The position numbers and the translations under genes were made by a program. DNA of 64,000 bases, from positions 106,522-170,521 of the forward strand of contig CAVPRW010000037.1 of the NCBI GenBank assembly GCA_963707985.1, given 5' to 3'. The stretch is from an uncultured Nitrospinota bacterium. GTDB taxonomy: Bacteria; Tectomicrobia; Entotheonellia; J063; CAVPRW01. The notes under the pieces were generated by a model that did not search any database, was not told the DNA's origin, and saw only the letters and a list, made by a program, of their open reading frames with translations. Of this stretch, positions 10,028 through 21,204 are shown piece by piece. Numbering within the stretch: the first letter of the stretch is position 1; each line of letters opens with the position of its first letter.

Positions 10028-11350
10028 ATGCGCAACGCGATTTTTTATCTCACATATAATGGGCTCTATAATTTTACCAATGGCATCGGTACCCAAACAC
10101 AACTGCTAATCAGTGGCCTCGAAGCCATACAGGAGACGCTGATTGCGCAGCATGGGCCCATCGATGCGCATGTAGTTTGCCCGTTGCCAGATACGCAGAC
10201 CTGGGGTTATGAGCACACCTTCTTTCAGCGGCAGCAGCAACGTCTGGCAGCGCTTGGCGGCTACGTACATCTCATTCCATACAAACAGGACCCTGAGCAA
10301 GATCTCTGGGAGCTTCGTTCCTGGAAAGCCCTCTGCCAAAACGTGGCGCCGGTATTACACAGGCAAATGGTGGCCTATGACCGATCGTTGATCATTTGTG
10401 TGGACCAGCCTTGGTTGCAGACGCCTCAGGTGCTCGGGATGCACCCCGGCCAGGCATTGCCGTATCATACCGATGTGCTCCTGGTGCTGTATAGCACGGC
10501 CTTCATCCGCAACTGGGAGAACCCTGACGCGACAGAGATTGCCTGGGAGCGGGAAGGGCTTGAGGCGTCCCAGCCCGGCTCGTGCGTGGCACTTGCCAAC
10601 ATCTGCCCATCGTTTACCACCCATCTCAAGACCCACTTCCGGCTATCGGCGGCGCAATTTGTCCCTTACACTTCGAGTATCCTCCTGAATGACCGCACTT
10701 TTACCGTACTCGACGAGGCGGTGGTGCGAACGACGCTGCAGGCCTATGGCGTCCCCCTCGATGCTGATGTCGTGCTGGCATTTGGTCGAGCCGCAGCTAT
10801 CAAGGGGTTCGAGCGGCTGATCCCAGCCCTTGCCCCGCTCCGTGATCGGATACATTTTGTGCTCATCTCGGTACCATACACCAATGACGACTCCCAACAA
10901 CAGATTTATGATCAACTGCTGCAACAGTACGCCATACGGGCAACCCACATCAAGGCGTTTACACGGGACTTGCCGCCTGCCTTATGTCAATGGCCCAGGA
11001 CAAAAATGGTTGTCGTCCCGTCTCGACACGAAACATTCTCCAACATCCCGCTCGAAGTCGCACTGTGGGCGCGTGGAAACGGCCCAGTGGTGGTGGCCTC
11101 AAGCGTCGGCGGGTTCGTCGACCAAATCGAGGATGGTGTCACAGGATTTCTTATGGATATCTCGTCGTGTCTGCACATGACCCAGACGCTGCTCCATGTG
11201 CTCGATCTGTCTCAAGACGCACATGCGGCAATTCGGTATCAGGCCTATCAGCGGGTCATCTGCGACTTCGACTTCACGAAAAACTTTCCGGTCACTCTAC
11301 GGTGGTTTTGGCAGGGGGAACCTCTGAGGGCGCGTGACCGAGTGCGCTGA
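10028..11350 (+). CDS. Glycosyltransferase family 4 (GT-B)
   Basis: FGRAAAIKG and VVPSRHETFSNIPLE..VVASSVGGFVDQIEDGVTGFL signature. Confidence 0.85.
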   Translation: MRNAIFYLTYNGLYNFTNGIGTQTQLLISGLEAIQETLIAQHGPIDAHVVCPLPDTQTWGYEHTFFQRQQQRLAALGGYVHLIPYKQDPEQDLWELRSWKALCQNVAPVLHRQMVAYDRSLIICVDQPWLQTPQVLGMHPGQALPYHTDVLLVLYSTAFIRNWENPDATEIAWEREGLEASQPGSCVALANICPSFTTHLKTHFRLSAAQFVPYTSSILLNDRTFTVLDEAVVRTTLQAYGVPLDADVVLAFGRAAAIKGFERLIPALAPLRDRIHFVLISVPYTNDDSQQQIYDQLLQQYAIRATHIKAFTRDLPPALCQWPRTKMVVVPSRHETFSNIPLEVALWARGNGPVVVASSVGGFVDQIEDGVTGFLMDISSCLHMTQTLLHVLDLSQDAHAAIRYQAYQRVICDFDFTKNFPVTLRWFWQGEPLRARDRVR

Positions 11351-11442
11351 AGCTGACCGTGACATGAGGGCGGGAGTGCGAGTCGCTGGGGTGGGACCTA
11401 GGGCGGGGATTTGCCATGCACTTGTTGACAGTCGTCAGCTCC

Positions 11443-12297
11443 TCATGGGAACTGCGCAGGCTGGCTGTCTGGCTCCAGGATGCTATTTAAGCGCTGGCAC
11501 AAGGCCATGACCTCATCAGCATGGCCGGGAAACCAGGCCTGCAACCACGTGGGACGTTCGAAAAAGGCTTGCGGCGGGCGATCTGGGTGTCGAATGCCAA
11601 CACGCATGACCAACCCGCTGGCGTTGATGAAACTCACCTCGTCGAGCAATCTCCCTGGCGCGGCCAATCCGGCCGCGATCGGACATAACGCGGCGATGGC
11701 CGCTAGGGAAGCTGCGACCCCTCGTAGGCAAAAGGCCTGCGTATGGGCCCGGACCTCTGGTGGCAAAGCCTGCAAGACGGTCCGCATGGTCAAGCCGGAA
11801 AACACCGTATCATCCACCACAGCAAGGGAGGACCCCGAATCGAGGCCCAACAGTTGCTGCGCTAAGGGGATACCGATCGTGCTCACCACGTTGTAGCCAC
11901 CGTGGCCGTCTTCTTCGCGCGTAATGTCCACACGAGTGATTCGGGGAAACCATCCCGTCTTGGCGTGCAATTGTTGAGCGACGCGTTCTCCGGCTCGACC
12001 GATGCCAATCGTCAGCGCAAAGGGGGCGTAATGAGCCTGCGCCAGCAATCGCTCAATTTGCGACTCAAGCGTGATGACCACGACATGCTCCGGATCACGC
12101 TGCAGGAGCGCGAAAAATTCCCGTGTGAGTTGCCATGCTGCTGATCCCTTGCCCTGCTGCCGGCAGACATATGCGCTGAGGTCGTCGTGAATATATAACA
12201 GGCCCGGGGTCGGTGCGGCGTAGGCTTCAGCATCCGTCATGGGGCGCATCTTTCCTCGGGGCGACTTGCCTGGGCGCCCTCGCGTGGCATGAGGCAT
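11443..12297 (-). CDS. Hypothetical protein with type I phosphoribosyltransferase-like motif (start uncertain, 12240-12297)
   Basis: LAVVDDTVFSGLTM resembles the PRPP-binding loop; IGIGRAG N-terminal motif. Confidence 0.55.
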   Translation of the reverse strand: MPHATRGRPGKSPRGKMRPMTDAEAYAAPTPGLLYIHDDLSAYVCRQQGKGSAAWQLTREFFALLQRDPEHVVVITLESQIERLLAQAHYAPFALTIGIGRAGERVAQQLHAKTGWFPRITRVDITREEDGHGGYNVVSTIGIPLAQQLLGLDSGSSLAVVDDTVFSGLTMRTVLQALPPEVRAHTQAFCLRGVAASLAAIAALCPIAAGLAAPGRLLDEVSFINASGLVMRVGIRHPDRPPQAFFERPTWLQAWFPGHADEVMALCQRLNSILEPDSQPAQFP

Positions 12298-12380
12298 CCC
12301 CCCTTCGTGGCTATGCCGACCCCTGTAGTATGTGCCAGAGCACGGGTTCGACACATCCGTGAGGCTATCAAGCCGGTGCT

Positions 12381-13270
12381 CTACCGCGGTGGGGGCGTCG
12401 AACTGGTGGGCGGACGTCCCGCTCCGGTGCGATCTTCCAGCCGCAGCCGTTCCTCCGCCAGTTTGGCCTCTTTCGAGGTAGGATATTTCTCGACCAGGGT
12501 CCGTAAGACGCGTCGTCCCTGGACCCCGTCTTTGATCTCGTAGTAAGCGTACCCTGTTTTTAACAGGGCGCTTGGTGCCTGAGGGCTTTGCGGAAAGTCC
12601 CGCACCAAGCGCTCAAACTCGGTAATAGCGCCGCGGTAGTCTTTCGCACTGTAGAGCGATTCTGCGAGATAATACTGCGCCGTGTCGGCCACATCACCCG
12701 TCGGGGCTTGCAGGAGATAGGTGCGAAACCCTTGTGCGGCCAGATCAAATTTGCCCCGCTGGTAATCCCCAAGGGCAGCCTGGTAGAGTCTCTTGGCCTC
12801 GGCCGAGCTTGGTGCAGCCGCCGTTGGGGGAGTTCCAGGCGAGTCTCCGGTAGGAGCCCCGGGAATGGGAGTTTGACCGGTGCCTGAGGGGCTCGATCGG
12901 CTGCCCATGGGAGTTGAGGACGCCGCCAGGGCTCAGCTTGGTCTCCAGTGCACCAACCCGACGGCTCATTTGGACGTTAGAGGCCTCCAGGCGCTCGGTC
13001 AACACACTGACTTGCTGACGCAGCTCATCGAGCCCAGCTTTCATGTCGGCGATATTCCGCCGCTCCCCCTCTAGCTCTCGCTGCACAAGCTCTCGCGGCT
13101 TGGACTGTGACACCTCTTGCGACACTTGCATTTGCATGAGCTTGGCGATTCATCCGCTCCATATCATTACGAAGAATGGCGATGTCGCGTTCCTGCGCGC
13201 ACGCCGTGAGAGCCAGGGTGGCGAGCAGAGCTAATCCGCCCCACGGCAGCCGCGATCTGGCCACTTTCAT
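12381..13270 (-). CDS. cpoB: Tol-pal system protein CpoB/YbgF (two frameshifts, near 13140 and 12920)
   Basis: Lipobox LTAC, coiled-coil middle (ORF 12745..13137), TPR C-terminus AQYYLAESLY...ALLKTGY...YPTSKEA; directly after pal. Confidence 0.85.
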
Positions 13271-13293
13271 GATGTCATCCCCACGAGTTCAGG

Positions 13294-13843
13294 TTACATG
13301 GCCTTGAAATCGACCCGACGGTTCTTCGCCCATGAATCTTCGCCATGGCCAGAGTCAGTAGGGCGCTCTTCGCCGTAGCTGATGATCACCAGACGACTGC
13401 CATCGATGCCCAACGAGCTGAGGTAACTCTTCACGGCGGCAGCGCGGCGTTCACCCAGGGCGAGGTTGTACTCATTGCTGCCGCGCTCATCGGCGTTGCC
13501 CTCTAGCTGAACTCGGGCGTTGGCATTGGAACGCAGCCATTCGGAGTTGCGCACGAGGGTATCCTTGGCTGTATCACTTAGCGTCGCCTGATCGAACTCA
13601 AAATAAACGGTGTCCATCACCAACGTTCCTGCCGGAGGCGTCGTCGGCCGCGACGCCAGCTGGCTTTCGGCAATTCGCCGACGGCGTTCTTCTTCTTCGC
13701 GAGCCCGGATCTCCTCCGCGCTCGGCCCACTCGCGCCCATCTGCGTGGTGCTCTCGGGCGGTGGTCTTCCGCGCGCATCCCGTGGTGAGCAATATCAGGG
13801 TAGTAACGAAGATGAGGCTCCAAATCCCAACCGACCGCGTCAT
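13294..13843 (-). CDS. pal: Peptidoglycan-associated lipoprotein Pal (frameshift near 13755)
   Basis: Signal peptide with TTGC lipobox in ORF 13598..13843; VYFEFD, EGNADERGSNEYNLALGERRA, SYGEERP, KNRR in ORF 13294..13740. Confidence 0.93.
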
Positions 13844-14003
13844 ATCGATGTCCCCTCCGCTCCTGACCTTTCAACCGTCCCTGAACACGCTACTGGGTGT
13901 CCTCACCCCAACGGATGTCGGTCTTCCCTTCACTTAAAGGGTGCCATACAGGCCTCTCTCCTTTCAGACGGCGAATGGTCGTCGTAATCGCAAACCCACA
14001 GGG

Positions 14004-15332
14004 TCACTCCACGATACGAGGAGACCAGACAGGACTTTGTGCCCCCCCGTCCAAGGACGTGAGTTGCTGTTGACCAGACCCATCGTCATACATCCGATAG
14101 AGCTGGGGGGAGCCCGTGCGTGTCGAGCTGAACACTAAAAAGCGTCCGTCAGGAGACCACGAGGGATTTTCGTTACTCCCATTGCCCATGGTCAAGCGCT
14201 GCGCACCACTGCCATCCACGTTAATGACATAGACGTCGAAACGGTTTCCCTCCATCGACACATAGGCGATACGATCGCCACGCGGGGACCAGGAGGGACG
14301 GTCATTGTAGTTCCCTTGGTAAGTCAACCGGCGGACATTCGACCCTTCCGCATCCATGATGAAGATCTGTGGCGATCCCGCGCGGTCGGACACAAACGCG
14401 ATTTGCCGACCGGTCGGTGACCAGGTGGGGGAGGTATCGATCGCCGGATGATTGGTGAGTCGGCGCAAGTCGGAGCCGTTGCGACTCATCGTATAGATTT
14501 CCGAGTTGCCATCTTTGGTTAACGTCAACGCCAGGCGGCTGCTGTCAGGGGACCAGGCTGGCGCCGAATTCAGTCCAGGCTGCTGCGACACGAGACGTCG
14601 TCCACCGCCGTTCAAGCCAACGGCGACAAGATCGGGATTGCGGTCTCGATACGACGTAATAGCCACCTCACGGCTGTCCGGCGCCCAGGCTGGTGACAGC
14701 GCAATCGAGCGATCGCTGGTCAATTGCCGGACGTTCGTGCCATTCTGATCCATCACAAACAGCTCTTTGTTGCCATTTTGTCGCGAAATGAACGCGATCT
14801 TCGTTTGGGCGATGCCTGGCTCACCGGTAAAACGGACCATGATCTCATCGGCACAGCGATGCATCATACTGGCTGCGGTATCCGCGGGTCCACGATAACG
14901 TTTCCCCGTGATCATGCTTTGGCCCCCAACGTCGAAGAGCCGACACTCGACGATAAGATCGCGTCCATCCTGGCTATATGTCCCCTTCACGAGCGCCTGC
15001 GCGCCCAACTCTGCCCACTCCTTGAACACAATCTCCCCAGCCCGCGCATCAGCTTGGGCCGCCTCCTCTAAAAACCTCTGGTTGTCGATCAGGTCGAAGA
15101 AACGGTAGACGCGCAAATCATCGGCAAGAGTGCTGGCCATCTCATGGCCAAGGCTCGCATTTGCCCCACTGCCGCCTTCCGCCCGAGTAAAATCCGGGAT
15201 CGCTAGGCGCAAGCGTTGTCCGCCGCCGCGCGAGATGCTGAGATAGACGTCGGCCGCGTTTGCGCACACCAGCCCAATCGTCATGGTGAAGAGCCACCCG
15301 AGCAGATACACCCTTGCATAGCTGATGCGCAT
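14004..15332 (-). CDS. tolB: Tol-Pal beta-propeller protein TolB
   Basis: Signal peptide, TolB N-domain (FTGEPGIAQTKIAF) and repeated P.WSPDG (PD40) motifs. Confidence 0.95.
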   Translation of the reverse strand: MRISYARVYLLGWLFTMTIGLVCANAADVYLSISRGGGQRLRLAIPDFTRAEGGSGANASLGHEMASTLADDLRVYRFFDLIDNQRFLEEAAQADARAGEIVFKEWAELGAQALVKGTYSQDGRDLIVECRLFDVGGQSMITGKRYRGPADTAASMMHRCADEIMVRFTGEPGIAQTKIAFISRQNGNKELFVMDQNGTNVRQLTSDRSIALSPAWAPDSREVAITSYRDRNPDLVAVGLNGGGRRLVSQQPGLNSAPAWSPDSSRLALTLTKDGNSEIYTMSRNGSDLRRLTNHPAIDTSPTWSPTGRQIAFVSDRAGSPQIFIMDAEGSNVRRLTYQGNYNDRPSWSPRGDRIAYVSMEGNRFDVYVINVDGSGAQRLTMGNGSNENPSWSPDGRFLVFSSTRTGSPQLYRMYDDGSGQQQLTSLDGGAQSPVWSPRIVE

Positions 15333-15333
15333 A

Positions 15334-16272
15334 TCACCCTTCCTTTTGGCCCGGACAAGAGCCTCCTAAACCAAAGCAGAGGTAGATCCCCAGGTAGTCC
15401 CCACCAAATTCCACTGGCAAGGGAGGAAATGGATCGGAGCGTTTGATGGCCCCTGAAGCGAGCAGGTCGACGGCCTGATTACGGGAGGATTCATAGATCT
15501 GGGGCTCGGCGATCGTACCGTCCCGTTTGATTCGGAAATAGACGACGACCCGACCGAGATTCTGCTGCGGACGGACCCAGTTCTCCTCGATGCGTCCGGT
15601 TACCTGCCTGAGGTAGTAGCTATAGGGAAAGTTGGCCGAGTCAAGCGACAACATGCCACCGCCACCCCCCAAGGCCAGACCGCTGCCCGGTCCAGACCCC
15701 GACCCAGGCCCTGACCCAGGTCTTCCCCCGCTCCCTGGCCCCGATCGCTCGGGCTGAATCCTGGCCGTTGCTTCTCGCCGTGGGGCCGGAGTTGGAGACG
15801 TCTGCGTCGGAGGAGGAACGTCTTTTTTCCTCTCCTGGGGTTTCTCGGTAACTGCTCGTGGTGCGGGCTCGGGCTTCTTCTCTTCCCGCTTTGGGGGTTC
15901 TTTCTTCGGCGGCTCCTTAGGCTTTGGCGTGGGCAGGGTCATCTCCGGCTCGCGTGGTGGGTCCTTGGGTTTCGGGGGCGGAGCTTTCTCTACCTTCTCA
16001 GGTTTGGGTTCTGGCGGATGTGGCGCAGAAGGTTTCTCCGCCTGGGTAGGCTCTGGTGGTGGAGCAGGTTTTCTTGGGGGCGGCTGGAGTGCTTCGCGTG
16101 TCGCCCCGCCGCCGCCTCCACCCGCGGGGAAGTCGACGAGTTGCACCATCTGCGCTGGGGGCATGAGAAGCGTGGGCGCCGAGATATAAGGCGCCACAAC
16201 GAACAGGCCACCAAGGGCAGCCACATGAATCAGCACAGAGAGAAGGAGCGGCCGTGAAATCTCTCCAAACAT
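15334..16272 (-). CDS. tolA: TolA/TonB-family energy transducer
   Basis: TM segment SVLIH, long Pro/Lys/Glu-rich linker, TonB_2-like C-terminus (IEENW, FRIKRDG, SSRNQAVD, PFPPLP); lies between tolR and tolB. Confidence 0.8.
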   Translation of the reverse strand: MFGEISRPLLLSVLIHVAALGGLFVVAPYISAPTLLMPPAQMVQLVDFPAGGGGGGATREALQPPPRKPAPPPEPTQAEKPSAPHPPEPKPEKVEKAPPPKPKDPPREPEMTLPTPKPKEPPKKEPPKREEKKPEPAPRAVTEKPQERKKDVPPPTQTSPTPAPRREATARIQPERSGPGSGGRPGSGPGSGSGPGSGLALGGGGGMLSLDSANFPYSYYLRQVTGRIEENWVRPQQNLGRVVVYFRIKRDGTIAEPQIYESSRNQAVDLLASGAIKRSDPFPPLPVEFGGDYLGIYLCFGLGGSCPGQKEG

Positions 16273-16333
16273 CCCATACTCGCCGGCTCGGTTCCCGGAG
16301 CGCGACCTGTTGCCGTTGATGGCGCTCGATTTG

Positions 16334-16768
16334 CTAGGACGGAGGTCTTTTACCATCATCATCAGCCGGAACCGTCACAATGCCTAAGCGCTCGATGCCC
16401 GCCTGTTTAATCACCGCCATCATCTTCACCACGAAACCGTATGGGATATCTTTATCAGCGCGGAGGAACACCTCTTTGGTGGATCCCGAGGCTTGACGCA
16501 ATGTCTGTTCCAGCTCAGGAAAATCAATACGTCGATCATTCAAATACAGACGCTCGTTCTTGGCCAGGGTGATAACCAGCCGCTCTCGGCTGGGATCCAT
16601 ATTGCTACTTCCCCCTTCCTGGGGGAGGTTGATATCGATACCCTGCTGCATCATCGGAGCGGTGACCATGAAAATGACGAGCAAGACCAGCATCACGTCA
16701 ACAAGGGGCGTGACGTTGATCTCGGATAGCGTCGTCTGGCCTGGTTTTTGCGTCGTTCCGAGGCTCAT
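16334..16768 (-). CDS. tolR: TolR/ExbD
   Basis: SEINVTPLVDVMLVLLVIFMVTAP and LRADKDIPYG motifs. Confidence 0.93.
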   Translation of the reverse strand: MSLGTTQKPGQTTLSEINVTPLVDVMLVLLVIFMVTAPMMQQGIDINLPQEGGSSNMDPSRERLVITLAKNERLYLNDRRIDFPELEQTLRQASGSTKEVFLRADKDIPYGFVVKMMAVIKQAGIERLGIVTVPADDDGKRPPS

Positions 16769-17509
16769 GCGTGCTTGACGAGGTCCCGCTCGGCATAGGT
16801 GGCGAACTCGCTGGCGAAATTCTCCATCTCCATCGCCAACACACGAATCTGACTCACAAAATGGTTATAGGCGATGACCGCTGGGATCGCCGCGGCCAGG
16901 CCGGCGGCGGTGGCGATCAGGGCTTCCGAAATACCTGGGGCCACAGTGGCCAACGTGGCTGATCCCCGCAAGCCAATACCATGAAACGCGTTCATCACAC
17001 CCCAGACAGTTCCGAAGAGTCCGATGAACGGGGTTGCGCTACCGGTGGTGGCGAGAAACGGCAGCAATCGTTCCAATCGGATGGTTTCCTCCGACGCCAT
17101 CAACGATAACATGCGCTGGAAACGCCCGGCATCGAACACCGACGGTCCGGGAATCGATTCCTCATGCAGTTCATCAGACAGACCATTGCGACCCCGCGCA
17201 GCGCATTTTTGCCGCCGGATGCGAGCGCAGCTCGGCATATCCCGCTGCAAACATACGCGCCAGCGGAGAGGCTTGGTACTGTTTAGTCGAGGCATATACG
17301 ACCGCGAGATTGTCACTCTCGGCAAAGATTTCACGAAACAGGGATGTCTCACGCCTGACACGGCGCATCAGCCGCCACTTATGGATGATGATCGCCCAAG
17401 AGGCGACCGAGAAGCCCAATAAAATGAGCAGCACCAGCTTACCCATGGGGCCTGCTCGTAGCACAAGATCAAACACGTCTCCGCCGAAGCCGATGGTCTG
17501 TGTTGGCAT
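16765..17509 (-). CDS. tolQ: TolQ/ExbB proton channel (frameshift near 17190)
   Basis: N-terminal TM LLGFSVASWAII in ORF 17174..17557; LATTGSATPFIGLFGTVWG, APGISEALIATAAGL in ORF 16765..17361. Confidence 0.92.
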
Positions 17510-17795
17510 GATGGTACCTTGACAGGAAATATGAGGTGCGGGAGTCCAATGCTGCAATGCACTGGCGACGTTCTATCCTAGGCTAAAGCCTGGCAGATGT
17601 CAACGTCGATTTCGTCCGCACGCCCTGAAAGCGCCAAGAGGGGGATGTGCCTCACGTTGCAAAGGGACGGTTATTCGAGTAAAGTGACAGAAATAACACT
17701 ATGATTCGCCCATCTTCGAATGCACTTCCACGCTGTGTGCCTTCTCTAAGGTGTTGGTCTTACATGGTTTAGACGTCGCCGGAGGAGTCCGTCGC

Positions 17796-18586
17796 ATGGT
17801 TGACCTTCAAGAGCTTAACGACGTGTCTGCAGGAGCATATCCGTCCCCAACACCTGGCGCTGGCCATCAAAATGGCCAAGTCGCCCGACGAGGTGCCACC
17901 AAAACTGCGGCATCCGGCCAAGGATATGGGGTTTCAATCGGCAATCTGCCAGGGGATCAGCATCGCACGACGATACGGATGGGCTCTGGCGTTGACGAGA
18001 GAGGACCTGTCATGTCCACTGGCCAAGGTGGTGTTCGGCTTCGAGCCGGAAATTTCCGTACTATACCGAGGGGTTTGCCTGTGCGGAGATGTATACCGAA
18101 AGCGAAACTGCCGGAGCGCTGACGGAAGCCCAGCAGCCGAAATTCCCCTATGGGACGTATCATGCCATTCTGGTCGCACCGTTGACGCGCACCGAGTTTG
18201 AGCCTGATGTGGTAGTGATCTATGGCAACTCGGCCCAGGTCATGCGCTTGGTGACTGCGGCGCTCTATAAGCGCGGGGGACGGATCACGTCGAGCTTCTC
18301 AGGGCGCATCGATTGTGCCGATATCATCATCCAAACGATGCACACGCAGGATTGCCAGGTAATTCTCCCCTGCTACGGCGATCGCATCTTTGCTCAGACC
18401 GAAGACTCGGAGATGGCGTTTACCATCCCTCGATCCCGCATCGCTGAGGTCATCGAGGGGCTCAAAGGCACCCATAAAGGGGGCGTGCGGTATCCGATTC
18501 CCTCCTTCTTACGCTACCAGGCGGTGTTTCCCGAGAAGTATATGAAGCTTGAGGAACTGTGGCGGCAGGGGGATGCGCATTCATAG
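17796..18586 (+). CDS. DUF169 family protein (frameshifts near 17825 and 18060-18080)
   Basis: GGAGGAG RBS + ATG 17796; ICQGISIARRYGW, LSCP, PDVVVIYGNSAQVMRL, DCAD, LPCYGDRIFA motifs spread over three frames. Confidence 0.75.
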
Positions 18587-18884
18587 CGACTACCACCCCG
18601 TACCGGTGTTGATCAGAACCTTCACCGCGCCCTCCCACTCTGATGGCCCGTCATACCAGAGCACAATGTCCGCATGTCGACTATCAGTCAAATCGCCGCG
18701 GCAATGACCTTGATGATGGCGCCGTTCACACGCAGGTCGTAAATCACAAACGGCGGCCCCCCGAAAGCGTTCACGAGCATGCCGATGAGCAGCATCATGG
18801 TGAGGGCTGGGACGGCGTGCATGATCCTGAGGCCCTGGATGATTTCGGAGTATTGCCGCGCTATGCGAGGCACGTCTGGGCGGC

Positions 18885-19969
18885 TTACCAACGTTGCTCT
18901 TCGCCAGTGGATTCTCGCTGTTCGTTGGTCGCGGATACATCGGGGATGCAGTCTGACAGCGATGCCAGGAAGCGCGAGATGGCCCGGATGCTGCTGGTGA
19001 AGGGGCTCAAGTCCAATACGTTCCCGGACTTCGCCCTGAGCTTCAAGGGCCACACGGACCGCTTCGAGGAACCGCACGCCGGCCGTCCTGACCGAGAGCA
19101 TCCAGAATCCCCGGACACAGGACATGCTCGCGTATCTCATCGCGGTTGCCAAACATTTCTTCGAGAGTCTGAAAGACGTACAGCGGGGTCCCACCGTCGT
19201 GAATGCTGTGTAAATCGATAATCGACGGCTGCAAGCCACCGCTCGTCGGGGTGAGCAACACGTTCCATGGACTGGGATCGCTGGTAAAGGTCCTGCACCC
19301 GAGTACCACCCACAACCGCATATACGCGCCAATCCCTTGGCGTTCGAGAGCTTGACGTTGTGCGGAGTACTGCATAAAATCGAGCTCTCCCCGGATAAAG
19401 CGGTCTTCGAGGATGCCTTTCCAGTGGTCGAGGCTATGCCCTTCCACATAGGCTTCGGTCATCGCCCGGCACGTCTGGCCGCGTCCATCCGACCATTGCC
19501 AAAAACCTCCAAACCGCGGGCACAGGCCGGGTGCCACCTCGTCCACACGACGTGCCGCCCATACCATGCGTTCGAGCACCCGAGCATCGAGGTCTGTGGA
19601 TTGAGCGTTCGCGCCGCCGACCGTTGCCTCGGGAGGCAAATGACCAAGTTTAACGGGCAGGAACTGCTTCAACACGAAGCTGAAAGCGTCTCCTGGCCGC
19701 GTGCGCGCGGTGACCAGATAAACGCGCTTCGCCCCACCCGTGGCCAGATAGCGAATCGTGAGCCAAGCTGGACGCCCGTGGGCGCCAGCATCGCCGTGGA
19801 GGCGTGTCAGAGTGGTCTCAAGCAGCCTGGGGTGTGTCAGGGCCGCTTCGACAGCGCCCTGTTCGGCTGCTGGCCTGGTGTTTTCCCATGTGATCGGTGC
19901 GACTCCCGCCTTCGGCGCGTCAGTACCCAACATACCTGTCCCCCGCGGAAACGTTGTGTGCTCGTGCAT
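18885..19969 (-). CDS. Atypical protein-kinase-like fold protein (3' end frameshifted, end uncertain)
   Basis: LATGGAKRVY (Gly loop), FVLK, MTEAYVEG, SDPSPWNVLL (catalytic loop) and IIDL appear in kinase order. Confidence 0.55.
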
Positions 19970-19984
19970 GACCCTATGCTCAGC

Positions 19985-20228
19985 CTACCGCATGCGTGGG
20001 ACGATGAAGATATCCTCGGCTTCCCAGAAATCCCCAGCATGGTTGCAGGCTGTGGTGCGCACGTCATCGAGCAAATCCGGCGTGTCAACGGTGATCCACA
20101 GGTAAGCATCTTCTCCGGCTTCAATCGTATCGAAATCGATCTCGGTTTTTACCTGCGGTAATCTTCTCTTCCCCGCTGAGCCACTTGCTCTGCTAGCGAC
20201 TTGCAGATTCCTTCAGGCGCGGTGTCAT
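19985..20228 (-). CDS. Small acidic hypothetical protein (~80 aa, frameshifted; absent from ORF track)
   Basis: Manual translation MTPRLKE..KSLAEQVAQ..LPQVKTEIDFDTIEAGEDAYLWITVDTPDLLDDVRTTACNHAGDFWEAEDIFIVPRMR*; stop lies 15 nt before the kinase-like ATG. Confidence 0.45.
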
Positions 20229-20565
20229 CTGGCAAAAGCACCACGAGTATACCAGAACCACGGGAGAGTGGCGTGGCAAACCGCTACTAGCCGACCAATC
20301 ACCCGGAAGCGGGTGCAGCCTATTCTGGCATTCAAGCGACGACTGTGGCCTGCAGCGTGGGGAAATTTGCTCGGGCTGCCAGCGTCGCCTCCGCTCCCAC
20401 GCGCCCAGCGATCAGAGTATAATATATGATCTTGATTACGATGATTAAGGGGGAAAGGATTACCCAACCCTTGCAACCCTGTTTCCAGACGCCCATTGAA
20501 AGGGATCATCCGCAGCGCAGCCCCCCAGGCCGACCGATGTCACATCTGTGATAAGGAGAATACAC

Positions 20566-21094
20566 GTGGCTCTAGTGCTCGATTTCATCCGCGATTCCAT
20601 TCATCAGCAGCATGAGGCATGGGATAAGGCAATCTCGGATTTGACGCCAGAGCAGATGCATTTTCGCCCGAACGGCCAGGGAAACCATATTGGCTTCATC
20701 GCCTGGCATTATGTCCGGACAGAGGACAACCTCGTGCAATTCGTCTTTCAACATCGCAAGCCGACGGTCTGGCTTGCCGGTGGCTACGATCAGATGTTTG
20801 GCGCTACCGCGTACGGCACAAGGCACCGGCATGCCGCCTGAGGACGCGGTACGCATGCAGTTGCCGGCGGTGGAGCAGTGGATGGGCTATCAGCACGCAG
20901 TCTGGCAAGCAACGGACACCTGGCTCAATGCCATGACGGAGGACGATTTGCTGCGTTCCGTCCATATCATGCCATTCGGCGATATTACGGTGATGACAGC
21001 GGTGCGCATTCCGATCGTCAACCATGGCTTCTTGCATCTCGGCCAGGTAGGCCATTTGCGGAAACAACAAGGATTAAAGAGCTCAGACCTGTAG
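20566..21094 (+). CDS. DinB/YfiT family protein (frameshift near 20800)
   Basis: AAGGAG RBS + GTG; LTPEQMHFRP, NHIGFIAWHYVRTED, NHGFLHLGQV His-triad pattern. Confidence 0.8.
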
Positions 21095-21204
21095 GTGGCG
21101 AGGCCCCAGCCTACGGGTGCCATCGGCTCGTGTGCTGGTGTCTCAGGGCAACTGGGGCAGAGGGTTGAACCGACGGTCTCGATGACTCCAGAGGAACACT
21201 GGCT

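Noticed and set aside
6411..11350. Selenoneine (senABC) cluster, suggested by an EgtB homolog, a glycosyltransferase and a selenium link
   Set aside because: No selenophosphate synthetase in the window, the GT is on the opposite strand behind a HAD gene, and the EgtB has typical ergothioneine-type motifs.
12340..12362. GGTTCGA tRNA T-loop-like motif
   Set aside because: No 5-bp T stem or cloverleaf can be built.
15660..16130. Short repeats (GSGP and PK/PE-rich)
   Set aside because: Low-complexity coding linker of TolA, not CRISPR or a DNA repeat element.
12381..17509. Pseudogenisation or programmed frameshifting in tol-pal
   Set aside because: No slippery sites recognised; the same indel pattern occurs across the window and fits sequencing error.
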